From Candidatus Saccharimonadota bacterium (GTDB taxonomy: Bacteria > Patescibacteriota > Saccharimonadia > Saccharimonadales > UBA4665), in contig CP064992.1 of assembly GCA_016699935.1 (NCBI GenBank), forward strand, positions 1,020,001 to 1,052,000: a stretch of 32,000 nucleotides of DNA, written 5' to 3'. The notes under the pieces were generated by a model. That model had not been told where the DNA came from, did not search any database, and was given only the letters and a program-made list of their open reading frames with translations. Of the stretch, positions 7,702 through 16,714 are shown one piece after another. Made by a program: the position numbers and the translations under genes. How positions within the stretch are numbered: the first letter of the stretch is position 1; every line of letters begins with the position of its first letter.

Positions 7702-9468
7702 CTAGTAATTCTCCAGGGTTGATGTGTCACCGGTTGGCAGGCCAAGTTCCTTAGCTTTCAAAACACGGCGCATAATTTTTCCAGACCGGGTCTTTGGTAA
7801 ATGATCGATAAAATCGATTTCTCTCGGGTAAGAGTGTCCTGATAAGTGTGATTTTACAAATTGCTGCAATTCTTTTTTCAGCTCGTCACTAGTCTTCACG
7901 CCGTCCTTTAGAACGACAAAGGCTTTGATTATTTCACCTCGGACGGCGTCTGGCTTGCCTATTACAGCAGCTTCAACTACGTTTGGGTGCTCTACCAGAG
8001 CGCTTTCTACCTCAAAAGGGCCGATTCTTTCGCCAGCAGTGTTGATGACATCATCGTTTCGACCAACAAACCAAAAATACCCATCTGCATCACAGTAAGC
8101 ACTATCACCAGAAATGTACCAGTCTCCTATAAAGTACGAATCGTATTTTCCCTGGTTGTGCCAGATGGTTTTCATGAGGGACTGCACAGTTGAAGCCCGT
8201 AGTGCCAGACTACCCTGTTGACCTGGCGCAAGTACGTTGCCAGCTGGATCGAGTATGGCGGCTTCGATACCGGGTAGTGGCTTTCCCATCGACCCAGGTT
8301 TGATGTCTAGCGCCGGCAGATTGCTTATACATATACCACCCAGCTCAGTTTGCCACCAGGTGTCATGAAACGGTAAGCCAAATACTTCTAAGCCCCACCA
8401 TATAGCCTCAGGATTTGAGGGCTCACCGACACTACAGAGATGTCGTAGATGGCTGAAGTCATAGCTAGCAGTGTCTACGCCTGATCCCATGAGCATACGA
8501 ATTGCTGTAGGAGCTGAATACCAGACAGTAACTTTGTGATCTTGCAGGACACGGTACCAGTTTTCTGGGCTGAATCGCCCTTCGTACAAAACACTCGTCC
8601 CACCCAGCCCCCAAATGCCTAGAACGCCGTAAACAACTCCAGTTACCCAACCGATATCAGCCGTACACCAGTAGATGTCGTTTTCCTGGATGTCTAGCAC
8701 GGCGCTGGTAGTAGCCATGGCTTGCACAATGTCAGAATGACTATGAATGACGCCCTTTGGTTTACCAGTTGTTCCCGAAGTATAGAGCATGTAGGCAAAA
8801 TCTTCTGGTTTGACGGCAACAGTCTGAAAGCTATCACTGGCGTCCTGCATGGCGGCTTCGTATGCAACTACATTTGAAGCAACAGGCAGCTCAGTACTTC
8901 CCCGCTGAACGACAATAATTTTTTGTAAACATGGTAGTTTAGACTGAATGTTTTGTATGCGTGGGAGGAGCTCAGTGTTTGTCACCACTACGCTCGCTTC
9001 ACTATCGCTTAGCCGGTCCAGCAGCGCTTCTTCTTGAAAAGCGGCAAACATTGTGCCGACTACAGCGCCAAGTTTCAATATGCCAAGAAAAGCGATGTAT
9101 CTTTCTGGTATAGCTGGCATAAATATAAAAACTCGGTCATTTTTGTTTACTCCCAGGCCACTCAAAACATTGGCAAATTTGTTTGTTTGTTTCTTGAGAT
9201 CAGCGTAAGTAAATCTTTCGGTACTGCCATCCTCGGCAGCATATAACAGCGCTGTTTTGTCTCTGCGGCTATCTTCAGCGTGGCGATCAACGCAGTTGTA
9301 AGTAATGTTGTACTTGCTTGAACAGACATCTGCTACATCGCCAAACAGTTTTGAGTTAGCTGTTTGCCACGAAAAATCAGCTCTAGCTAAGTCGTAATCT
9401 TCAATATTTGGTTTTTGACGGGGTGGATTTGTTGTTTTACTAATTCGATCTGGGTGGGTGCCTAGCAT
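7702..9468 (-). CDS. acsA: Acetyl-CoA synthetase (AMP-forming, AcsA type)
   Basis: Contains the AMP-binding motifs YTSGTTGKPKGV, WWQTELGG and DGYFWFVGRNDDVINTAGERIGPFEVES. I place the start at the ATG at 9468, preceded by AGGAG, rather than at 9489. Confidence 0.85.
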   Translation of the reverse strand: MLGTHPDRISKTTNPPRQKPNIEDYDLARADFSWQTANSKLFGDVADVCSSKYNITYNCVDRHAEDSRRDKTALLYAAEDGSTERFTYADLKKQTNKFANVLSGLGVNKNDRVFIFMPAIPERYIAFLGILKLGAVVGTMFAAFQEEALLDRLSDSEASVVVTNTELLPRIQNIQSKLPCLQKIIVVQRGSTELPVASNVVAYEAAMQDASDSFQTVAVKPEDFAYMLYTSGTTGKPKGVIHSHSDIVQAMATTSAVLDIQENDIYWCTADIGWVTGVVYGVLGIWGLGGTSVLYEGRFSPENWYRVLQDHKVTVWYSAPTAIRMLMGSGVDTASYDFSHLRHLCSVGEPSNPEAIWWGLEVFGLPFHDTWWQTELGGICISNLPALDIKPGSMGKPLPGIEAAILDPAGNVLAPGQQGSLALRASTVQSLMKTIWHNQGKYDSYFIGDWYISGDSAYCDADGYFWFVGRNDDVINTAGERIGPFEVESALVEHPNVVEAAVIGKPDAVRGEIIKAFVVLKDGVKTSDELKKELQQFVKSHLSGHSYPREIDFIDHLPKTRSGKIMRRVLKAKELGLPTGDTSTLENY

Positions 9469-9478
9469 GTATCGACTC

Positions 9479-9913
9479 CTATTCTTCATCTGTAATCATG
9501 ATGCAGCGGTCAGCGATAAGGCATAGCTGATTTTGCTTAGCAAATAATTCTGCACTAGGGCTGCCAGTGCCGCTGGCTAGCCAAGCGGTAATGTGTATAT
9601 CTCTTCTCATCAGCTCTTGTAAATGCGAAACGGTTTCTTCAGATTTGCGAAATATCAGAGCAATATCGATGTGTTTGCTAGCTGGTACGTCAAGCAGGCT
9701 CGGATAGGCTTTTTCACCTAGGATTTCCTGGACGTTGGGATTGATTGGAATTATTTGGTAGCCTTGGCGCTGTAACTGTCGGCTGGCTTTGTAGCTAAAA
9801 CGATCTGTTTTATTAGATGCACCGATAACTGCAATAACCTTGGCATTTTGTAGTATCTGGCCGCTGTCAAGTTGACCGCTCTCAACTTCATTTACCGTTT
9901 TTAACTGCGTCAT
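9479..9913 (-). CDS. CoA-binding domain protein (YccU-like)
   Basis: VIAVIGASNKTDRFSYKASRQLQRQGYQIIPINPN is the typical CoA_binding_2 pattern. The likely start, ATG 9913, lies 4 nt after the kbl stop. Confidence 0.75.
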   Translation of the reverse strand: MTQLKTVNEVESGQLDSGQILQNAKVIAVIGASNKTDRFSYKASRQLQRQGYQIIPINPNVQEILGEKAYPSLLDVPASKHIDIALIFRKSEETVSHLQELMRRDIHITAWLASGTGSPSAELFAKQNQLCLIADRCIMITDEE

Positions 9914-9917
9914 AGAA

Positions 9918-11093
9918 CTAGTTTTTCCCTGAAACCTTGGCAAACTTTTCGACTATGGTTGTGATGTCTTCAGGCGTATGGGCAGCCGAAATCTGGACAC
10001 GAATGCGTGCTTTGCCCTTAGGCACAACCGGAAAAGAAAAGCCGACCACGTATATTCCTTCGTCAAACAAGGCTTTGGCTGTCTCGACAGCTTGTTTTTC
10101 TTCAGCAAACATGACTGGGGTGATTGGGTGTTCGCCGCCGGCGACGTTAAACCCGGCCTCAGTCATGAGCGTCCGGAAGAGCGTGGTGTTATCTTTCAGT
10201 TTTTTAACGAGCTCTGGGTGTTTCTGGATGTAGTCGATAGTGTACAGCGAGGCGCCGCAAGTGCCGACTTCCATTGCATTGCTAAAGAGGTAAGTGCGGG
10301 AGCGTTGTCGCAAATAGTCGACAACTTCTTGGTGACTGACGATAAACGCGCCGCCAGCACCGCCGAGTGCCTTGCCGTACGTACCGGTTAGAAAATCTAT
10401 GCGACCTTCGGTGCCGGTAAACTCAGGTGTGCCACGGCCAGTGGCGCCTAAAACGCCGGTGGCGTGTGCATCGTCGACCATGACGAGTGCACCGTACTTG
10501 TCGGCCAGGTCGCAGATTTCCTTGAGTGGTGCTATGTGGCCATCCATACTGAAAACGCCGTCGGTGGCAATAACTTTGAGGCGTTTATCTTTGACGCTCT
10601 TTAACTTTGCTTCGAGATCGGCCATGTCCATGTGGGTATAAATGAGCCGTTCGGATTTGGTCAGGCGAACGGCGTCGATGATACTTGCGTGGTTGAGCTC
10701 GTCGCTGATGATGGCATCGTCTGGGCCGAAGAACGTCTGGAAAAGCCCCACGTTGGCCATAAAACACGATGAGTAGAGAATGGCATCATCCATGCCAAGA
10801 AACTTTGCGGTAGCGGCTTCGAGCTCTTTGTGGATGCCTTGTGTACCGCAAATGAAGCGCACGCTGGCCTGGCCAAAACCCCATTTTGCCAGGGCAGCAT
10901 CGGAAGCTTCACGGACGCCGTCGGTGCCGGAGAATCCAAGGTAGTTATTGGCGCAGAAGTTTAGAAGTTTTTTGCCGTCTACCGTGATTTCACGGCCTTG
11001 GGGCGACATGATGACCCGTTCTTCCTTCCATAGTGACTGGTCTTTTATTCCTTGTAATTCAGTGTCGAGAATTGGTTTGAGAGCGGTGTACAT
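9918..11093 (-). CDS. kbl: Glycine C-acetyltransferase (2-amino-3-ketobutyrate CoA ligase)
   Basis: 391-aa alpha-oxoamine synthase family protein (DDAHATG, a Lys-containing TYGKALGG motif), adjacent to tdh. Confidence 0.9.
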   Translation of the reverse strand: MYTALKPILDTELQGIKDQSLWKEERVIMSPQGREITVDGKKLLNFCANNYLGFSGTDGVREASDAALAKWGFGQASVRFICGTQGIHKELEAATAKFLGMDDAILYSSCFMANVGLFQTFFGPDDAIISDELNHASIIDAVRLTKSERLIYTHMDMADLEAKLKSVKDKRLKVIATDGVFSMDGHIAPLKEICDLADKYGALVMVDDAHATGVLGATGRGTPEFTGTEGRIDFLTGTYGKALGGAGGAFIVSHQEVVDYLRQRSRTYLFSNAMEVGTCGASLYTIDYIQKHPELVKKLKDNTTLFRTLMTEAGFNVAGGEHPITPVMFAEEKQAVETAKALFDEGIYVVGFSFPVVPKGKARIRVQISAAHTPEDITTIVEKFAKVSGKN

Positions 11094-11113
11094 AGTATTC
11101 CTTTCTAGATTAG

Positions 11114-11230
11114 CCTGTTACCTGTGACGTGTCACTTAACATTATCCTGTATCCTGTCACCATTGATGCGGAATTCATGATCAATGGAGAATGGCCAATG
11201 ATTGGTCACAGGATAAAGGTGACATGACAA
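11114..11230. repeat. Heptamer-array hairpin element (copy E4) in the kbl-tdh spacer
   Basis: Left arm CCTGTTA CCTGTGA CGTGTCA CTTAACA .. CCTGTAT CCTGTCA. A perfect 8-bp stem pairs CCATTGAT (11160-11167) with ATCAATGG (11180-11187) around a 12-nt loop. The right arm contains GGTCACAGG and GGTGACA, plus AATGGAGAATG shared with E1 and E3. Confidence 0.7.
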
Positions 11231-11238
11231 TCTTCTCA

Positions 11239-12428
11239 TTACGCCTCCATGTTAAAGACGAGTTTGGGATGCTCGTTCATTTTTTGCTCAAAAACGGTGG
11301 GGTCGAATTCGCTGAGGTTCAGTACGGTATCTTGACCACCATTCAGAATGACATTCCAAACTTTGTCCTGTATGCCATTACTGGACTGCGCAAGGACGCG
11401 CTGGGAAAGTTGCCAGGTGTTGAAGATTTCTCGCCCGATAATACAGTGCAGTGTTAAGCCTGCGACAATAAGCCTCGGAAACTGTGGAATGACGAGGTCG
11501 CCATCTTTCACTCCGAACAAGACAACGTGGCCGCCGCGGCGAGTGCTATCGATGGCATTGTTGACGCTGCTCGCTGGCCCGGCCATTTCCATACTAACAT
11601 CCACACCCTTGCCGTACGTTATCTCATGGATACGTTCTATGACACCTGGGTCATGTTCCCACGGATTTGCTTTTTCGGTGTTTTCTATGAGGATGGTTTC
11701 GTCTGCGCCGCACTGCTTGGCGAGTTCGAGGTTCGCTGGGCTGACATCAACTGCAATGACCTTGGCCGCGCCAAACTTTTGGGCTATGAGGATACTAAAA
11801 AGCCCAATTGGTCCTGCGCCGAAAACTGCAATGCGTTGGCCACGCACATCTACTTTGGTGAGCGCGTGGATGGCGTTACCGAATGGGTCCATGATGGCAG
11901 CAACTTCCGGTCTAATGCGGTTTTTATCGATAGCCCAAAGGTTTTGGCGGGGAGTTTGACGTACTCGGCGAATATGCCGTCTATGGTGATCCCGAGGATG
12001 GCCTCGTTCATGCATACATTGGCCTGGCCTATTCGACACTGGTAGCATTTGCCACAAGTCACATGGCTGTCGCCCGAGACAAGGCTGCCAACTTCAATTT
12101 TGGCAATGTTTTTGGGGTCCGGATCCCAGTAAAGTGAGTTGACTTTGGAGCCGGCCTCCACGACCTCACCCACGAACTCATGGCCCACAACACGGCTTTT
12201 TTTTTGTGATCTCGCTCGAGCGCTTTCAAGAACTGGTCTTTGAAAGCATTGCGGTACCAGAGGCCTCGGTCGCTGCCGCACACCGGCGTACTTGATTCGT
12301 ACGATGACCGAGCTGGCATCGTCTGGCTCAACAGCTTCATTCAACGTTGGCCGCTCTAGTTCGGCTAGGCTAAACCCACGGGATTCACCCCATGGCTGTT
12401 CTGATGTATCTATAGTAAGTCCACGCAT
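11239..12428 (-). pseudogene. tdh: L-threonine 3-dehydrogenase (Zn-dependent MDR family) with three frame changes (about 12281, the T9 run at 12197-12205, the T4 run at 11942-11945)
   Basis: The pieces read AGV/CGSDRG, GHEFVGEVVEAG, GKCYQCRIG and VFGAGPIGL (Rossmann fold). Adjacency to kbl supports the tdh call. Confidence 0.8.
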
Positions 12429-12495
12429 CGTTCTAGTCTCCTCATAACGTGTTATTTCTCTAGTATACGCGGTGTCACAGCTTTGTCACCAGATA

Positions 12496-13994
12496 TTACG
12501 AGAAAATTTTTAGTGCGGGATTTGTGTCAACTCGACAAAAGATGAAGCCAGTCGCCCTCAATTTTATTTCTAGGCTAGATCGGTCTGTTGCTTCAAACCC
12601 TATGAGGACGCGGCCCAAGTCGCTTGCGGTGGAACGGTAGTGAAAAAGAGATACATTCCATTCGATGCCAACGGTGTGCAGAAACTCTCCAAGCGCACCC
12701 GGGCGTTCGGGAAATTCCACATGATAGCGGAGTTCTTGTGCCGGTCCGGGACCACCTATCATGTGTCGGACATGTTCCTTGGCAATGTCGTCATCCGATA
12801 AGTCAATATGTTCGAAGCCGTGTTTGTCATGAGACCGAGCAGAGTAGCTTTGTCTCCAGCGTCTTTTACCGATATACCAGCGAGGACGTGGGCGACGGCG
12901 CGCTCACGGAACCGGTAGGAAAATTCAGTGATACTGCGCTTACCGACGATACGGTCGCAAAATTCAAGGAATGCTCCGGGTCGTTCAGGTAACGTGACGG
13001 CGATGAGTGCTTCTCTGCCAGAGCCTATGAGTGTGCGTTCGGCTATCTGTTGGAGGCGTTCAAAGCTGACATTGGCACCGCTACAAATAGCGACTGCATG
13101 GGCAGTCGCAGGCAGATTGTAGTTTTTGAGTCCCGCAAGCGCAAGAGCTCCGGACGGTTCAAGGATGGTGCGGGTCGCATCGAACGCGTCATTTATGGCC
13201 GAGCAAATCTGATCTGTAGAGACGGTAACGCAATCGTCCACAAGCCGCTGCGCCGCTGCAAAGGTGTTCTCGCCAACCTGCTTCACTGCAACACCGTCAG
13301 CAAAGATGCCGACGTGCTTTAGGTTGACGCGCTCGCCTTTTGCGAGGCTTTTTGTCATAGCGGCGCTATCGACTGGTTCGACGCCTATGACCTGTACATC
13401 TGGCCGAACAGCCTTCACGTAGTGAGCGATTCCGGCTATAAGCCCACCGCCGCCAACTGGCACAAATATATGCGTTACATCTGGCAGCTGCTCTATGATC
13501 TCTTGGCCTATGGTTCCTTGGCCGGCGATAACGAGTGGGTCGTCAAACGGATGGATAAACGTACGCTTTGTCTTTTTTGCGAGTGCCGCACAGGCTTCGG
13601 CTGCCTCGGTATAGTTATCTCCCTCCAACATAACTTCTGCGCCGTAGCTCTTGACCGCCTCTACTTTGATAGCTGGAGTCGTCCGAGGCATGACGATGAG
13701 TGCTGATAGCTCCAGCTTCTTGGCTGCAAGGGCGACACCTTGGGCATGGTTGCCAGCGCTGGCGGCGATGACACCACGCTTTTTCTCGGCTTCGGTGAGG
13801 CGACACATCTTGTTATACGCTCCGCGCAGCTTAAAACTATGGACTGGCTGCATATCTTCGCGCTTCAGGTAGATGTTTGTGTTCAGGCTTTTGCTCAGTT
13901 TCCCAGCCCTTTCGAGTGGCGTCTTCCGGGCGACATCGTAGACGCGTGAGGTCAATACCTCCCTGACGATATCATTAATGGTGGTGGGGCTCAT
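12496..13994 (-). pseudogene. ilvA: Threonine ammonia-lyase (biosynthetic type with a C-terminal ACT-like regulatory region), one frame change near 12822
   Basis: PLP-dependent fold (SFKLRGA, GNHAQGVA, GGGGLI). The regulatory region continues in the 12496-12762 ORF. Likely start is ATG 13994. Confidence 0.85.
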
Positions 13995-14070
13995 GGTTGC
14001 CTCGATGACAGATGGCACAAGTCAGATGCTAGTAGGTAACCGGAGTGCGTACTGGTGGAGCAGAATTTGC

Positions 14071-14448
14071 TCATTTTTTGTACTCCCGAAGGAGCGCGAC
14101 AGCTTCTATCTCCACTACTAACGGGTGGTCGGCAACGCGCGGTAGCTCCGCGACCGCCACACAGGTACGAGCTGGTGCAGCACCTACTTTTTCAAACTCG
14201 GCCGCGTACACCTCATTCATAGCGCTGTAGTGCGCCATATTTGTCAGGAAGACGGTGGTTTTTACAACTTTGTCAAGCCCGCTACCAGCTTCTTCGAGTA
14301 CGCCGGCAAGGTTTTCGAGCGCTTGTTTCACCTGGGATTTCACATCTGGTTTAGCTACGCCCTTGACCGCCCCAATCTGCCCAGACGTATACACAAACCC
14401 ATCCGCCACATGAAACAAACTATACGGCCCATATGTTTTCGCAGTCAT
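14071..14448 (-). CDS. ridA: RidA family reactive-intermediate (enamine/imine) deaminase
   Basis: 125-aa YjgF/RidA pattern (GPYSLF.., RTCVAVAELP, IEAVA). Sits directly upstream of ilvA. Confidence 0.85.
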   Translation of the reverse strand: MTAKTYGPYSLFHVADGFVYTSGQIGAVKGVAKPDVKSQVKQALENLAGVLEEAGSGLDKVVKTTVFLTNMAHYSAMNEVYAAEFEKVGAAPARTCVAVAELPRVADHPLVVEIEAVALLREYKK

Positions 14449-14624
14449 TCCACCTCCAATACGGTTTTTCCTGCAAAGTGTAGCGCGTCGTCAGGTACTT
14501 CCCGAATACAGTCGTAGCTGTTGGTGCTTGGATTATAAACAAATGTTTTTGGGTACTCTACGTAATTTGGTGGTCTAACCACAGCAATGAACTGTCTTCT
14601 TACTACTCCGCTAAGTGAGTCCAT
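14445..14624 (-). CDS. Small hypothetical protein (59 aa), stop overlapping the ridA start
   Basis: ATG at 14624 preceded by AAGGA. ATGA overlap with ridA. No family recognised. Confidence 0.4.
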   Translation of the reverse strand: MDSLSGVVRRQFIAVVRPPNYVEYPKTFVYNPSTNSYDCIREVPDDALHFAGKTVLEVE

Positions 14625-14641
14625 GTATTTTCCTTTCAATT

Positions 14642-14776
14642 AAAAAATGGCTCGGTTGAAGCCATTTGGGGTTTCGGACTGTGCTGACGAGTTTATGTTC
14701 TCGAGGCTTCAACCATGCTGAAGCACAGCCCATGTAGGCCGAGAATAATGAGCACGCTTCGCATAGTTGATGACAT
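14642..14776 (-). promoter_or_regulatory. Candidate transcription attenuator with a 27-codon leader ORF
   Basis: Leader ORF 14776-14693: MSSTMRSVLIILGLHGLCFSMVEASRT. There are three mutually exclusive hairpins. The 1:2 pairing is GCUUCA/UGAAGC. The 2:3 pairing is GGUUGAAGCC (14714-14705) with GGCUUCAACC (14663-14654). The 3:4 pairing is AAUGGCU/AGCCAUU followed by a U-run (14666-14642). Confidence 0.45.
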
Positions 14777-14786
14777 AAAGACAATG

Positions 14787-16415
14787 TTACCGATAATGCT
14801 GCTCTGAGTCAAGCATTATCATTGCAGCACCAGAAAGAAGCGGATGTTTTTCAGCTAGTATTTCAGAAGTGCCGTACATTTGCGCACCGTGTTTAAATAC
14901 TTTGACAGTGTCTGGAGCCGAAAGCGTCATACTCCAGCGTTGTTTGTGGCCGAGGAGGGTGGCGTATTGGGATTCTGGCAGGAAGCCACGGGCTTGGAGG
15001 GTGCTTTGTAGTTGGAGGCTTTGGTCGAAGATGGCGTCGTAATCGTCGCTGAGGCCGGCTGCCTCTACTTCCGGGGGCATGTCGTAACCGTAGCGTGGTG
15101 TGAGCATCTGAAGTTTAACGCGGGTGTGCAGTTCATTTGGTAGGTCTTGCAGAAGTCCAAACTCTGCCAAAAAGTCCCATTCGTAAGTTGCACCGGCCAG
15201 TGCTTTTCCATGTGGATACCGGCGCACGTACTCTAGGAATAGTCGCGATTTCACCTCATATGGCCATTTCTCCACCGTGGCTTTCACTTCGTTCATGGGC
15301 AAGTCGAGCGATTCGTAGAGCATAGCGGGTAGCAAATTGAGCTCGTTACGTGGGGTGTAGCCGACTAACTGGACGCGCTCGGTGCTGCTAGCGAAGCCAT
15401 TTGGTATACGTTTTTGCATGCTTGAGTCGAATACTATAGGTTCGGTTGTAGTGAGTAGGTTGCGCAGTTCTTCTCGGGCGCATGCAATTGGCAGTAAAGG
15501 TCGTAGTAGCATGAGGGCGGACTTTTTAGCTAGAGTCTCATCGGTGAGGGTGGCATCCTCTGCCCGCAAGTGAGCCACTAACTTGGATACGAGCTTACGG
15601 CGGTCGCTGAGCAATCGTTCTATGTCATCACAGTAATCACATTGGATGTCATCGGGGAGGGTTTGCGGGACAAAGTATGTACTTTGCTCTGCATTGATTT
15701 TTGCGTTTTGCTGTAAAGAAAGCTCCTGCGCAGCTGAACTTTTAGCAAGTACGGCTGCCACCGATGTCGGTTCGGTAACTGCAGCACCTTCAAGCTCAAG
15801 GAGCACTGCCACATGCCGCCACACAGCTTCGAAGACCTCGTCTATACGGCCAGTCGCATACACTACAGGCATGTTACGCTGCTTTGCTTCCCACAGGTAC
15901 CCAGCCCGAATCCGTTCGAGTGTTTCTGCGGCCAAATTATCAAAGCGTTCGGTTTCGCCGCGCTGTCGTGCACGCTCATGCAACATCTGAACGGGAGCAT
16001 CGAGCACAATTGTCAAATCTGGCCACATATCGCCGACGGCGAAAGCAATGATCTCGTTCAGCCGCCGGTAATCTGCTATGTCGCCTCTACCGTAAAACTG
16101 GACGGCGAGAGTCGTAAGAAAACTTCGGTCAACTATGACGATATCACCGCCGTCACGGGCGGCACGAACTGCCTCGAGTGACTGACTACGCGCGGCATTG
16201 TATAGCAGCACCTCGGTGCGGGTGTTCATAGGGTATTTTGGGTCTTGGGTAAGGCGCCGAATTTCACTGGTGGTTGCATCTGCCTTGCCGTCTGGCTCGT
16301 GCATAAGGCGCGCCGAAAGACCAAGCTGCAGAAGCTCATGCACGAGCATGTCGGCAATAGTCGACTTCCCGACGCCTTGTGCGCCTTCCAAGACAATATA
16401 CTTGCCACGAATCAT
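14787..16415 (-). CDS. tmk: Thymidylate kinase fused to a C-terminal degenerate ThyX (Thy1)-like region
   Basis: The N-terminus MIRGKYIVLEGAQGVGKST plus DRSFLTT is a dTMP kinase. The C-terminal ~330 aa align by eye to ThyX (FLEYVRRYPHGKAL.., ..LHTRVKLQMLTPRYG.. in place of RHRxxSxxxxSxRY). The 87 codons upstream of 16415 in the tracked ORF translate REP-like repeats and are discounted. Confidence 0.75.
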   Translation of the reverse strand: MIRGKYIVLEGAQGVGKSTIADMLVHELLQLGLSARLMHEPDGKADATTSEIRRLTQDPKYPMNTRTEVLLYNAARSQSLEAVRAARDGGDIVIVDRSFLTTLAVQFYGRGDIADYRRLNEIIAFAVGDMWPDLTIVLDAPVQMLHERARQRGETERFDNLAAETLERIRAGYLWEAKQRNMPVVYATGRIDEVFEAVWRHVAVLLELEGAAVTEPTSVAAVLAKSSAAQELSLQQNAKINAEQSTYFVPQTLPDDIQCDYCDDIERLLSDRRKLVSKLVAHLRAEDATLTDETLAKKSALMLLRPLLPIACAREELRNLLTTTEPIVFDSSMQKRIPNGFASSTERVQLVGYTPRNELNLLPAMLYESLDLPMNEVKATVEKWPYEVKSRLFLEYVRRYPHGKALAGATYEWDFLAEFGLLQDLPNELHTRVKLQMLTPRYGYDMPPEVEAAGLSDDYDAIFDQSLQLQSTLQARGFLPESQYATLLGHKQRWSMTLSAPDTVKVFKHGAQMYGTSEILAEKHPLLSGAAMIMLDSEQHYR

Positions 16416-16550
16416 AATTATGCGTTCTATTATACTGCCCATTTCTCTAACCGCAAAACCACTTTCAATAATCTCAAAAAACGTACGACCGTACGAAAAA
16501 TGATAAAAATGATTTAGTGGTATGACTGACCCATACTCACTTTTTGAGCT

Positions 16551-16652
16551 GTTATCTTGAGCGCAGTCGAAAGATCTCCATGACATTGACACCGACAAGA
16601 TCCCTCCACGAAGCCTGCCCCGCACTTGATGCGGGGGACGGTATGACAACGA
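16551..16652. repeat. Cluster of REP-like palindromic units in the divergent tmk/folA spacer
   Basis: Hairpins ATCTT..AAGAT (16554-16575) and CCCCGC-acttgat-GCGGGG (16618-16636). The tail GGGGACGGTATGAC resembles GGGGACGGGAATGAC at 18754-18768. Confidence 0.55.
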
Positions 16653-16714
16653 GAAAAGTGGATGTCGGTCAGCCATTCTTCATACATCATTCTTCCATAC
16701 GATATACTAAAGCA

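Noticed and set aside
11191-11457. Tracked plus-strand ORF of 88 aa
   Set aside because: It starts inside the heptamer hairpin and runs antisense to the well-supported tdh C-terminus.
16416-16676. N-terminal 87 codons of the tracked 629-aa ORF
   Set aside because: This part translates REP-like palindromic units (RSFDCAQD-type words). The canonical Tmk start MIRGKYIVLEG lies at 16415, with a TATAAT box upstream.
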